Shown piece by piece: positions 1 through 9,600 of a stretch of DNA of 34,032 nt. Source of the stretch: a virus. The stretch lies in IMG/VR virus record IMGVR_UViG_3300027742_000026; one strand, given 5' to 3'. The notes under the pieces are model-generated. The model ran no database searches. It saw only the letters and a program-made list of their open reading frames with translations, and was not told where the DNA came from. Every line of letters begins with the position of its first letter. Within the stretch, counting starts at the first letter, position 1. A program made the position numbers and the translations under genes.

Positions 1-99
1 CACATCCAAACATTAAACCAGAGCCAAAAAAGAGAAAGCCCAGAAAAGTCACAAGAAAGAGAAAGAGAGTATCTCAAAAGAAAATGGACAACAAAGACC
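1..99. repeat. Terminal 99-bp block identical to 33934-34032 (circular-contig overlap or short direct terminal repeat)
   Basis: Direct comparison: the first 99 nt (cacatccaaacattaaacc...caacaaagacc) recur exactly as the last 99 nt of the window. Confidence 0.95.
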
Positions 100-209
100 A
101 ATTGATTGAGTTTATCAAATGGGTGTATGAGTTGGATGATGAGGAGATATGTTCTGATGGTTGGAAATCCAAAATAATCACAAAGGTACAATCACTGTTC
201 ACAAAATAA
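3..209 (+). CDS. Hypothetical protein, C-terminal part of the junction-spanning gene that starts at 33638
   Basis: The frame is open from the window start to TAA at 207-209. It continues the ORF running off the 3' end once the 99-bp overlap is collapsed (about 168 aa in total). It contains a basic KKRKPRKVTRKRKR stretch. Confidence 0.6.
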   Translation, partial: HPNIKPEPKKRKPRKVTRKRKRVSQKKMDNKDQLIEFIKWVYELDDEEICSDGWKSKIITKVQSLFTK

Positions 210-216
210 CAATCGT

Positions 217-846
217 ATGATAGATTGTAATGTGGCAGGAATAGAAATAACAAAAAAAATGAGTGTGAAAGCAAAAGAGTGGACAGACATCAAAGCACCC
301 AGAATCACACAGCATTTTACTCAGAAAAGAATCAGCAAGAAAGAAAGTATTTTCATGGCATCACTAGGGGAGATTGCATTTTGTGAGATGATGGATATTG
401 ATTGGGAGAGCAGAAAGATAGAGAACAAACCAGACATTGATGCAATCACCAACAAAGGAAAGATAATGGAAATCAAAACATATTCAGTCCCCAGTCCCTA
501 TTTTGAGAAACTGATTAGGAATGAATTGGATAATGATGACCTATATGGCAGATGTTTGTTTTTAGAGAAACAGGCACATGAGTTGGGAATATGTGACTAT
601 GTATTTTGGGGAGTGTTTCAAGACCATGAGTATAATGTTTGGTATCCAATAGGATACATGTCATCTCATGATATATTGGAAAGATATACAGCCCAGACAC
701 ATGTTTGTGATGGGAGAGTAAAACTCCCACAGATTGCATTTACAGTGGGAAATCAAGATGTTAGGAAACTCAGAAAATGGTACAATATAGCAGATGAGGA
801 TATCAACATACAGCAAGGGCAAAGCATGGAAAAGGGGCAAGTGTGA
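217..846 (+). CDS. Putative PD-(D/E)xK-fold nuclease
   Basis: 209-aa ORF. Motif order GEIAF ... PDIDAI ... MEIKT fits the E / D / ExK arrangement of restriction-endonuclease-like nucleases. An alternative ATG at 259 has an A-rich leader. Confidence 0.45.
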   Translation: MIDCNVAGIEITKKMSVKAKEWTDIKAPRITQHFTQKRISKKESIFMASLGEIAFCEMMDIDWESRKIENKPDIDAITNKGKIMEIKTYSVPSPYFEKLIRNELDNDDLYGRCLFLEKQAHELGICDYVFWGVFQDHEYNVWYPIGYMSSHDILERYTAQTHVCDGRVKLPQIAFTVGNQDVRKLRKWYNIADEDINIQQGQSMEKGQV

Positions 847-1099
847 GGTGTGTGACAGAATGAGATGGTTGTGTCAGCACCATATAGATGGCAGGAAAAA
901 TACAGGGGAGGTGATTTGGGTTTGTAGTAATGGGAAAACAAATGTATTATACCCAGATGCATGTCATCAGAAAATACATAATCCAACAGCATTTGGATTG
1001 CCAAGCACTTGGGCATATGACAATGGTTATCTCAGGAGATTAGATAGTAAATACAGACCAAAGAAAAAGGGAAACAAAAAATGGCAAATCAAAAAGTGA
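794..1099 (+). CDS. HNH endonuclease
   Basis: Sequence CEVCDR...CQHHIDGRK...VIWVC...CHQKIH gives the two Cys pairs and the HH/H of an HNH (beta-beta-alpha-Me) finger. It overlaps the upstream ORF by 53 nt in the +1 frame. Confidence 0.8.
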   Translation: MRISTYSKGKAWKRGKCEVCDRMRWLCQHHIDGRKNTGEVIWVCSNGKTNVLYPDACHQKIHNPTAFGLPSTWAYDNGYLRRLDSKYRPKKKGNKKWQIKK

Positions 1100-2040
1100 A
1101 AACATTTGGGATATATCATGAGTGGATACCAAGAGTTGGGGGCATTGAATCAGCAGTGTTTAATTTGGGCAAAGCAATGGACAAGGTAGGATACAAAGTC
1201 ACAGTGTATTTTGCAGGTTGTGAGAGTTGGGAAAGTTTATTCAAGTATGCACAGATTGGTGATGTGGTGAAATTACTCCCAGACCATAAAGAGGGTCAAT
1301 TCAAAGAGGATGTCCTATTGATAGCATCCAATCATTATATGCCCAAGACTATCAAGGCAGGCAGATATTTGCAGTGGGTTCATAGTGACTATGACAAATA
1401 CAAGTTAGATTTGAGAAACAAGGGTCAGGTTGAGTACATAGCAGTGAGCAAACATGCAAAAAAGGTTATTGAGAGGAGAGAGAAAATCAAGGCAAAGGTG
1501 ATATACAATTTGATTGATGATGATTTTGGTACAGATGACAGAGAGGTTTTGAGATTTGTGACAAACAGTAGAGTCAGCCCAGAAAAGGGATTTGACAGGA
1601 TGATATTATTTGCAGAGGCACTCAATGATGCAAATGTGAGATATGTTTGGACAGTGTATGGGGACAACAGTGTTTCTCCCAAGTATTTTGAGGATTGGCA
1701 GAGAAAGTTCAGACATCTCCCACAGGTTCATTTTGTAGGATACAAACCAGACATCACAGTGGGATTGGAGAATGCCACATACAGTTGTCTATTTTCAAAC
1801 TTTGAGGGTTGTCCATATTCTGTATTGGAGTCACTCAAATTAGGAGTACCCTGTTTGGTGACAGATTGGTTGGGTGTGGATGAGTTGATTGATAATGGGG
1901 TCAATGGGTATATATTGCCAATGGACATGAAATTGTCCAAGTACAAAATCAAAAAGATACTCAAAGAGATACCAAAGTTTGAATACAAACCATTGTCCAC
2001 AGTGAAAGATTGGGTTAAAATTATTGAAAAAAAGAAATGA
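1081..2040 (+). CDS. Glycosyltransferase, GT-B fold family 1 (GT4-like)
   Basis: 319 aa. The C-terminal signature is SPEKGFDRMI...FSNFEGCPYSVLESLKLGVPCLVTD...LIDNGVNGYILP (E-x7-E motif). The stop overlaps the next start (ATGA). Confidence 0.85.
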   Translation: MANQKVKTFGIYHEWIPRVGGIESAVFNLGKAMDKVGYKVTVYFAGCESWESLFKYAQIGDVVKLLPDHKEGQFKEDVLLIASNHYMPKTIKAGRYLQWVHSDYDKYKLDLRNKGQVEYIAVSKHAKKVIERREKIKAKVIYNLIDDDFGTDDREVLRFVTNSRVSPEKGFDRMILFAEALNDANVRYVWTVYGDNSVSPKYFEDWQRKFRHLPQVHFVGYKPDITVGLENATYSCLFSNFEGCPYSVLESLKLGVPCLVTDWLGVDELIDNGVNGYILPMDMKLSKYKIKKILKEIPKFEYKPLSTVKDWVKIIEKKK

Positions 2041-2987
2041 AAAGACTAGGAATAGAAAGACATAACATAGAGGACATGCACTCATATTTCTTTCACAACA
2101 TCAAGATTGTGGATATGGATTACATTGCACAGGTGCAACAGGAAATCAGAGATGAGCCAAAGATTGAAAACTCCTTGTATTATCAGGGCATCATGGATAA
2201 TTTGAGAAAGTATGGAAAGGTGTTTGGTTCAATAGTGACAAAGAGGGATGCCAAAGCAAGGTTTGACCAATTCAGGCAGTTGGTGAAATCCATTGCACAT
2301 GATTACAGACCAGAATGGGACTATGAAATGCAGGAGGGATTACCATATGGGGCAATCACAGGGGTGCAAAGGGATGGAAAGATATTGATTGTGGATGGTC
2401 ACCATAGGTTGGCAATACTGTATGCATTAGGATACAAGAGGGCAGATGTGTTGGTATTTGATGAGAATGGGTTTTGGTATCAGGACAGATATCCAGTGGA
2501 TATGAAATTAGACATGATTGACTATAATTGGAAAGACAAAAGGGTGTTGGACTTGGGGTGCAATTTGGGAGATGTTGGAAAGTATGTAATGGACAGAGGG
2601 GCAATTGAGTATGATGGAGTGGACACAGATGAGGCATACATCAAAGAGGCAAAGATTAGACACCCAGAGATGTCACTATCATTTCATTTATTAGATGCAG
2701 AGGTTGGCACAAAGATGTTTTCAGAGACAAATGTAGTGGTTGCATTGGGATTGTTTCACCATATGCCAAACAAGGCAGTCAAGAATGTGATTGATAGTTG
2801 CAAGGGAGACATTATATTTGAATGCCCAACAGGAGAGAAAGAATATTCAGAATATAGGGTCAGGACAAGACAGTGGTATTTGGATTTGATGTTGTCAAAA
2901 GGGTATCATGTGAGAGTGATGGAGAGTGGTATGCCATTGGACAAGTCATATCCATTTGAGAGACTAACTTTTATCTGTACAAAATAG
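2037..2987 (+). CDS. ParB/sulfiredoxin-like N-terminal domain fused to a class I SAM-dependent methyltransferase
   Basis: ILIVDGHHRLAILYALG is the ParB/Srx-type motif. VLDLGCNLGDVG...EYDGVDTD...VVVALGLFHHM gives Rossmann methyltransferase motif I, post-I and later motifs. No (D/N/S)PP(Y/F) or PCQ DNA-methyltransferase motif was seen. Confidence 0.75.
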   Translation: MKRLGIERHNIEDMHSYFFHNIKIVDMDYIAQVQQEIRDEPKIENSLYYQGIMDNLRKYGKVFGSIVTKRDAKARFDQFRQLVKSIAHDYRPEWDYEMQEGLPYGAITGVQRDGKILIVDGHHRLAILYALGYKRADVLVFDENGFWYQDRYPVDMKLDMIDYNWKDKRVLDLGCNLGDVGKYVMDRGAIEYDGVDTDEAYIKEAKIRHPEMSLSFHLLDAEVGTKMFSETNVVVALGLFHHMPNKAVKNVIDSCKGDIIFECPTGEKEYSEYRVRTRQWYLDLMLSKGYHVRVMESGMPLDKSYPFERLTFICTK

Positions 2988-2988
2988 A

Positions 2989-3141
2989 ATGGTGACACTC
3001 AGGGTTAGAAAAAAATACAATGATTTGGAAAGAAATCAATTGATGACAATTGGAATGGACTTTGAGGTGACAGTAGAAAGAGCCAGACTTTTAATGGAAA
3101 AGGGGTTTGTTGATATAATCAAAATTGAAAAAGTTGTATAA
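2989..3141 (+). CDS. Small hypothetical protein (50 aa)
   Basis: Hand-translated ATG..TAA ORF: MVTLRVRKKYNDLERNQLMTIGMDFEVTVERARLLMEKGFVDIIKIEKVV. It is below the track's size cut-off. Codon style matches the genome and it is tightly packed after the upstream stop. Confidence 0.4.
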   Translation: MVTLRVRKKYNDLERNQLMTIGMDFEVTVERARLLMEKGFVDIIKIEKVV

Positions 3142-3299
3142 TGAAAACAGGGAAAATCATACCATACAAGATTGATGGAAAATATTACATTATGATGTTT
3201 GGCAGAGAGTACGAGTTAATTTTAGGAAAGGCAACAGATGGGAAAGTCCAAAAAGAAAGTAGCCAAAAAGCCACAAGGGAAAAAATCCCTATGGCATAA
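3141..3299 (+). CDS. Small hypothetical protein (52 aa)
   Basis: Hand-translated ORF MKTGKIIPYKIDGKYYIMMFGREYELILGKATDGKVQKESSQKATREKIPMA. Its start overlaps the previous stop (TAATG). Confidence 0.35.
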   Translation: MKTGKIIPYKIDGKYYIMMFGREYELILGKATDGKVQKESSQKATREKIPMA

Positions 3300-3549
3300 A
3301 GTGGTTGGGTGGTTTAGAAAATAGTTTGTTAATATATAGGAAATGATAAAGTATCAAGCACATAGAGAGAAAATTGCTAAAGAAAGAAAAGAATCAAGAA
3401 AAATAGCACATTGTGGGTGGGTACATTAGGCGAGAAATCAGGGTACTGTTATCACAACGGAAACAGTAGGTGTTCATTTACCTCACAAGCCCACAAAGGT
3501 TTCTGATGGTGCAAGTCCATCCCCATCCAAATCAGTTTGATACCATTTG

Positions 3550-3558
3550 TGATATAAT
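3550..3558 (+). promoter_or_regulatory. Possible extended -10 promoter (TGATATAAT) ahead of the packaging genes
   Basis: TGnTATAAT matches at 3550-3558, with no good -35 hexamer at 17-nt spacing. Confidence 0.3.
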
Positions 3559-3717
3559 TACATAACTGTATACAAAACTACAACAGGGGATAGAGTAGAG
3601 TAGGGGAGGGGAGTTTGTATTGAAAACACAATGTTTTTGGTCAAATATCCCAAAATATGGTATATACAATTGAGAGTAGGGGATATTGATATATTTAACC
3701 TATAAACAGCAATTATT

Positions 3718-4032
3718 ATGGGACTGATACTAACAGAATCACAAGCAGATAGTCAGGGCAAAACAGGAAAGGAATCAGTGATTGAAAGTTTTTCAAAAGA
3801 GATGTTGTTGGTTGCATATGATGAGGAGGATGTGGTTGCAGACTACAAGAGACTCAAAGACAAATTGGCAGACCCAACCATATCAAACAGAGATTTTGCA
3901 TTATTGTTGAGATTGGCATGGGATTTCAGATTGCCAAGACCAAAACAGGGGTTGGATGTCACAAGTGAGGGAAAGTCTATATCAGGATATTCATTTGAGA
4001 TAGTCAAACCAAAAGATGATAAAGACAGTTAA
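3718..4032 (+). CDS. Putative small terminase subunit (by position)
   Basis: 104-aa ORF that overlaps the start of the large terminase. It follows a long non-coding region containing direct repeats. No diagnostic motif was recognised. Confidence 0.4.
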   Translation: MGLILTESQADSQGKTGKESVIESFSKEMLLVAYDEEDVVADYKRLKDKLADPTISNRDFALLLRLAWDFRLPRPKQGLDVTSEGKSISGYSFEIVKPKDDKDS

Positions 4033-5230
4033 AGTCACAGGAGTTTATGAAAAGACAGTTGAGGCATCCAAGAAATACAAGATAATATTGCATGAGGGTG
4101 GGTCAAGGTCATCCAAGACATGGAGTATATTTCAGTTTTTTTTAGGAAAGGCAATTGCAGGAGAGTGTATCACTGTCACTATTGTGAGAGATAAACTCAC
4201 ATGGATTAAAAGTACCCTACTCAAAGATTTTCAGGAAATTGTCAAACTGATGGAGTTGGATGTATTGCCAGATGTCAACATCAACAGACCAGAACAGACC
4301 TATTACATCAATGGGAGTGAGTTTGCATTCTATGGATTAGACTATGCAGAGAAATTACATGGGAGGACACAAGATTGGTTTTGGGGCAACGAGGCAATGG
4401 AGATTGCAAAGAAACATTTTGACCAGTTGGAAATGAGAACAAAGATTGGAGGGATATTGGACTACAATCCATATGATGATATGCATTGGGTGTTTGATTT
4501 ACAGAAAAGACCAGATGTGACAACTATCAAGTCAACCATGTTGGACAATCCATTTTTACCAGAGAGCATCAGGACAAAAATCAAATCCTATGAGCCAACA
4601 GAGAACAATATTGCACAGGGTACAGCAGATGAGTTTATGTGGCAGGTGTATGGACTAGGAAACAAGGCAAGATTACAGGGGACTATATTTAACAGTTGGG
4701 ATATTGTGGAGACCATACCAGAGGATGCCAAATTGCTTGGAATGGGATTGGACTTTGGATATACCAATGACCCAACAGCATTGGTTGAATTATACAAATA
4801 CAACAATGAGATATATTTCAATGAGTTGATATATGAAACAGGAATGTTAAACAGTGACATTGCCCAGAGAATGAAAGACTTGGATGTGAATGGATACACA
4901 GATATTTATGCAGACAGTAGTGAGCCAAAGAGTATTGAGGAGATTAGGAGACATGGTTTCAATATCAGGGGTGTGGACAAGGGTTCAGATTCAATCAACT
5001 ATGGAATTGATATAATGAAATCATACAAGATGCATATCACAAGAAAGAGTGATAATATGGAAATGGAGTTGAGGAGATACAAATGGGCAGAGGACAGGGT
5101 TGGAAAGATACTCAACAAGCCAGTGGATGCATTCAATCACTGTATTGATGCAGGGAGATATAGTGTGATGATGTTATTAGGAAAGCAACCAGAGATTCAG
5201 ATATTCAACAAAGAAAGATTTGGTTTGTAG
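4016..5230 (+). CDS. terL: Large terminase subunit (PBSX / Terminase_3-like)
   Basis: Walker A-like GGSRSSKT. Nuclease-domain motifs MGLDFGYTNDPTALVE, IYADSSEP and HCIDAGRY are in the order typical of this family. Confidence 0.92.
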   Translation: MIKTVKVTGVYEKTVEASKKYKIILHEGGSRSSKTWSIFQFFLGKAIAGECITVTIVRDKLTWIKSTLLKDFQEIVKLMELDVLPDVNINRPEQTYYINGSEFAFYGLDYAEKLHGRTQDWFWGNEAMEIAKKHFDQLEMRTKIGGILDYNPYDDMHWVFDLQKRPDVTTIKSTMLDNPFLPESIRTKIKSYEPTENNIAQGTADEFMWQVYGLGNKARLQGTIFNSWDIVETIPEDAKLLGMGLDFGYTNDPTALVELYKYNNEIYFNELIYETGMLNSDIAQRMKDLDVNGYTDIYADSSEPKSIEEIRRHGFNIRGVDKGSDSINYGIDIMKSYKMHITRKSDNMEMELRRYKWAEDRVGKILNKPVDAFNHCIDAGRYSVMMLLGKQPEIQIFNKERFGL

Positions 5231-5274
5231 GTTTGTGATATTATATAAATATAATTTTTGAATCAAAAATACAT

Positions 5275-6591
5275 ATGTTTACAGTACCAGAGGAAAAGTC
5301 ACTGTCAGTTGAATTGATTGAGGATGCCATCAAGTATAATGAAAAGGACAGGAGCAGGTTTGATACATTAGAAAACTATTACAGAGGAGAGCATCCAATA
5401 CTCAAAAGAAAGAAACCCCCAACAGCCAAGAACAGCAGGATTGTGGTTAATCATGCCAAGTTCATTACAGACACCAATGTGGGGTATTTGCTAGGGTCAA
5501 CACCATCATACACAGTTGCAGATGAGAAATATGACATTGCCCCAATCATGGATGAGTACAAAAGGCAGACTATATCAGACACAGACCATGAGATTGCCAA
5601 AGATGTATCCATATTTGGGAAACAGTATGAATTGATTTACAACATAGAGAATGAGGTCAAGTCAAAGGACATAGATGTCAGGAATTGTATTTGTGTATAT
5701 GATGACACAGTAGAACACAAAAAAATGTTTGGAATCATTTACAAACTAGGGAAACAAAAAGATGAGTTTGAGAACATTATTGTATATGATAATGAGTCCA
5801 AGTATGAGTGTGCAGTGGACAAAAAGATTGTGATTGATTCAGAGCCAGAAAAACATTTGTTTGAGAAAGTCCCTATCATTGAATATAGAAACAACAGTGA
5901 GATACAGGGTGATTTTGAACAGGTGGTATCTCTCATTGATGCATACAATCTGTTGCAATCAGACAGAATCAATGACAAAGAGCAGTTGGTTGAGGCAATT
6001 TTGGTTGGGTATGGGGTCAAGTTAGAGAAACCTCAAATGTCAGAATTACTCACAGACAGGACATTGTTTGGATTACCAATCAACTCAAAAGTTGACTATC
6101 TCATAAAGCAAATGGATGAGGGTCAGGTTGATATATTGAGAAAGACTTTGGAGAATGATATCCACAAGATATCCATGACACCAAACATGAGTGATGAGCA
6201 GTTTATTGGCAATGCCAGTGGGGTTGCTATCAAGTACAAATTGCTATTGTTTGAACAGAATGTGACCAACAAAGAGAGGTATTTTGAAAAGGGTTTGTTG
6301 GAGAGGTTTGAGTTATATAACAACTATTTGATAAACATCAAAAAGAGTGTTGAAATCCCATTGTATGAGGTGGATGTGGTGTTCAAGAGAAATCTGCCAC
6401 AAAATGATTTGGAGATATCCCAGATGATTTCAAATCTGTCACCATACATTGATGATGAGACATTGGTTGAGAGACTATCATTTATTGGGAATCCATCAGA
6501 GGTGGTGGAGAAAAACAAGGCAGAGGACAGAGAAAAACAAAAGTTTGTTGCCAGACAGTTTGGTGAGGCACAAATTAGTGAGACATTGTAA
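5275..6591 (+). CDS. Portal protein (SPP1 gp6-like)
   Basis: 438 aa, immediately after terL. The N-terminal YYRGEHPILKR motif, the size and the position before a MuF-type gene are all typical. Confidence 0.85.
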   Translation: MFTVPEEKSLSVELIEDAIKYNEKDRSRFDTLENYYRGEHPILKRKKPPTAKNSRIVVNHAKFITDTNVGYLLGSTPSYTVADEKYDIAPIMDEYKRQTISDTDHEIAKDVSIFGKQYELIYNIENEVKSKDIDVRNCICVYDDTVEHKKMFGIIYKLGKQKDEFENIIVYDNESKYECAVDKKIVIDSEPEKHLFEKVPIIEYRNNSEIQGDFEQVVSLIDAYNLLQSDRINDKEQLVEAILVGYGVKLEKPQMSELLTDRTLFGLPINSKVDYLIKQMDEGQVDILRKTLENDIHKISMTPNMSDEQFIGNASGVAIKYKLLLFEQNVTNKERYFEKGLLERFELYNNYLINIKKSVEIPLYEVDVVFKRNLPQNDLEISQMISNLSPYIDDETLVERLSFIGNPSEVVEKNKAEDREKQKFVARQFGEAQISETL

Positions 6592-6607
6592 TTTGACAAC
6601 ATAGAAC

Positions 6608-9600
6608 ATGGACATCCAACAGAAAGCCAGATGGGTGGCAGGGTTGAGGGTGATGTCAAACTATTGGAGAGGGAGGAGTGTCAACAGGTTGACTGAGAAT
6701 GAGGCAATAGGGCAAGAGGCAATTGAGAGAACATTGCCCATATTCAAAAAGGCACTCAAAGACCTCAACACACAAATCAATGAGTTATATGTACAATATT
6801 CAAATGAGGTAGGTTTGGATGTATTGGAATTGACCAGAGTATTATCAGGGGTTGATAGGAACAAGTTTATCAGTCACATGCACAGTGTCCTCAAAGAGGT
6901 TGGATTGGATGTTGGGGATATATACAACAGGGAGTTTTTGGAGAAACTCACAAGGTTGGAGGCATTCAAACAACAGGTGTATTGGGAGGTTGAGAAATTG
7001 GCAAAGGAACAAGAGGAGATACAGACAGAGGCATACAAGGAAATGGTCAAAAGGAGTTATGAGGAGACAGGCAATGACATCAGGAGGTTGGCAGGAGATA
7101 CAACATCCCCATTTCAAACAATTACCACACAGACCCTCACAGAGTTGTTGAAAGAGAGATGGGCAGGGGGCAATTACTCACACAGGATATGGGGCAACAC
7201 ATCAAGGTTGGGAAAAAAACTCATGGATACATTGGGGACAGGGTTGTTGATAGGATACTCCCAACAGAGGATGGCAAATGAGGTTAGTGAAAGGTTTGAT
7301 GTGACAGAGTATGAAATGATGAGGTTAATCAGGACAGAGGCAAATTATTTCAACAATCAGGCAGAGTTGCAATCATACAAGGATGAGAACATCCCATATT
7401 ACAGGTTTGATGCAATTTTAGATGGGAGGACATCCCATTGGTGTGACCCAAGTCAGGGGGGGTTGGGGGGCATGATATTTGCAGTTGAGGATGCCATTGT
7501 TGGTGTCAATTACCCTCCATTGCATCCACATTGCAGGTCAACCACATACCCTATGTATAAAGATGAGATTGGCAGTGAAAAGATATGGAAATCAAATGAT
7601 GTATTGGCAGGGAATCATATTTTGGTGACAGCATCCCCTCCTCCAAAGCCAAGACCCACAAAGCCAAAGCCAAAGCCAATAGTCACAGATGGTATGGAAT
7701 CAATCACAGATTACAAATCATTCAAGGAATATTTTGCTAGTATCAACCCAAAGTTCAAACCAGTTAGAAAGAGGATTGAAATATACAAGAAAAATATTTT
7801 GAATGCAAAATCTCCCAAAAATGCATATAGCATTATATTAGACAGAGACCATATCACAAGTGTGTATGACAATGAAACAGCCCAGATGGTGTATGCATTT
7901 CAGGAATTGAAACTACTCCCACAGGTGTATGCAGTTAATAAAGAGCAGTTTGAGTTTTTGGAAAAGAACACCAAATCAGCACTATCAATCAGAGAGATAA
8001 TGAGGAAACTGTTGGCACAAAACAATGCAGTGGATATGAGAACAATGTGGGCAGACCAAACCTATTTGGGAGGCAAACAGCCATTACTCAAAGTCATCAA
8101 TTATGCAGAGTTATCCAAAAGCATTGCAAAAGACATTCTCACAGAGAAAGATTGGGGTCTGTTGGTCAGAACAACAGGAAAAGAAAAATGGGGAAATGAT
8201 ACATATTTGAGTATGCAATTCAATCCTGTCAAAATAGAAATAGAGAAATACAAGAAAGAGGGAAAAGGGAGTGAATATATATCCATGATGGCAGAGACAT
8301 ACACATATCTCAGTAGGATTTACAGGGGAAAGAGTGAAAAGAGAGTGGAGGCAGGATGGGAGGAGAGACTTGGTGTGGACTTTTTGACTCAACTGATGCA
8401 ATTCAAAGGGGCAAGAGAGAGATTATTCTTTGGAGAGGGTTTGCCAAAAGAATGGTGGCACTTTGGAAACAAAGTTGATGTGAATAACATCAATAGGATA
8501 CTCAGGAGTGGATTCAAAAAAGCACATAGTGATATGTACAATGAACAAAAGTTCAATGAGATAGTTGCAAGGTATGATAAAGCATTTGACCAAAGCAAGA
8601 CACAGGAAAACATGAAACTGTACAGAGGGGTTTCTTTCAACGAGAATTACACGATTGACAATTTCAAGGTTGGGAGTGTTCAGTCAACCACAGACTATTG
8701 GTTCACAACAGAAAGAGAATCATTAGCAAAGGGATACACAAGTAGTGAGGGTGATGTTGCTATGTTGGAAATATATTTACCAAAGGGTTCAAAAGCACTC
8801 ACAGTGGGACAATTCTATTATGAAAATGACCAAGTGCTATTGGCAAGAAATACCCAGTATGAGGTCAAAAGAATATACATGAGCAAAGAGGGATACCCAG
8901 TCATTCAGTTGCAGTTTCTATTGCCAGAACAGGAGAAATTGGAACAAAGATACTATGACATGTACAGGTTTGATTCAAAAAAGATTCAACCAGTAGAAAC
9001 CAAGACATGGGAGGAGTTGATGGGGGATATGACAAGGTCAATGTTGACTAAAGAGGAGATTGATTTAGTAGAAAGCACATACCAAGATTTTCACATCAAG
9101 AGGGATTTTGATGAGAAACCACATGCCATACATGACTATGTAATGAACAGTGACAAGATAGAAAGGTATCCACATGGAGAGATAATGATGACATATGCAA
9201 AGATTCTCAATAACAAAATGAGGTTTGAGAATGATGATTTGACAGAGAATGCATATCAAGAGAACATTGACAATATACTTGGGGAAATGTTTGGAATAGC
9301 AGAACCCAGAAATCAACTGTTTACAGAAACCCAAGTCCCAGAGAGGTGGTGGCATTTTGGACAAGACAGGGCAACCATCAACGAGGCAAATGCATATATC
9401 ATGGGTGGGTATGATGCAGTCAAAAGAAAGGCAAAAGAATATTGGTCAAGGGCAGACCCAATGCCAGAGAAAGATATCAAAAAAATGATAGAGGAGTATG
9501 ACAGGGCATTTGAGAAAGCACAGAACAAAGAGGATATGACATTTTTCAGAGGGGTTTCATTCAGTCACAATTTCAATATAGATAATTTCAAGGTGGGAGG

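Noticed and set aside
3343-3429. 28-codon ORF (MIKYQAHREKIAKERKESRKIAHCGWVH) that would extend about 36 more codons if its TAG were read through, possibly a decayed HNH-like gene.
   Set aside because: There is no evidence for TAG read-through elsewhere. The extension has no HNH motifs, and its atypical codons (GCG, ACG) fit a structured non-coding element better than coding sequence.
3505-3521. GGTGCAAGTCC and GGTGAAAGTCC strings (3508-3518, 30200-30210, 30550-30560) reminiscent of the conserved GGTGNAANTCC segment of cobalamin riboswitches. The 3420-3540 patch was also considered as a possible tRNA.
   Set aside because: Only the short hairpin is present. There is no B12 box, no multi-stem junction and no downstream transporter or biosynthesis gene. 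I could not draw a cloverleaf with a T-loop (GTTCRANYC), a D-arm or an acceptor stem anywhere in the window. I treat these as a phage hairpin family instead.
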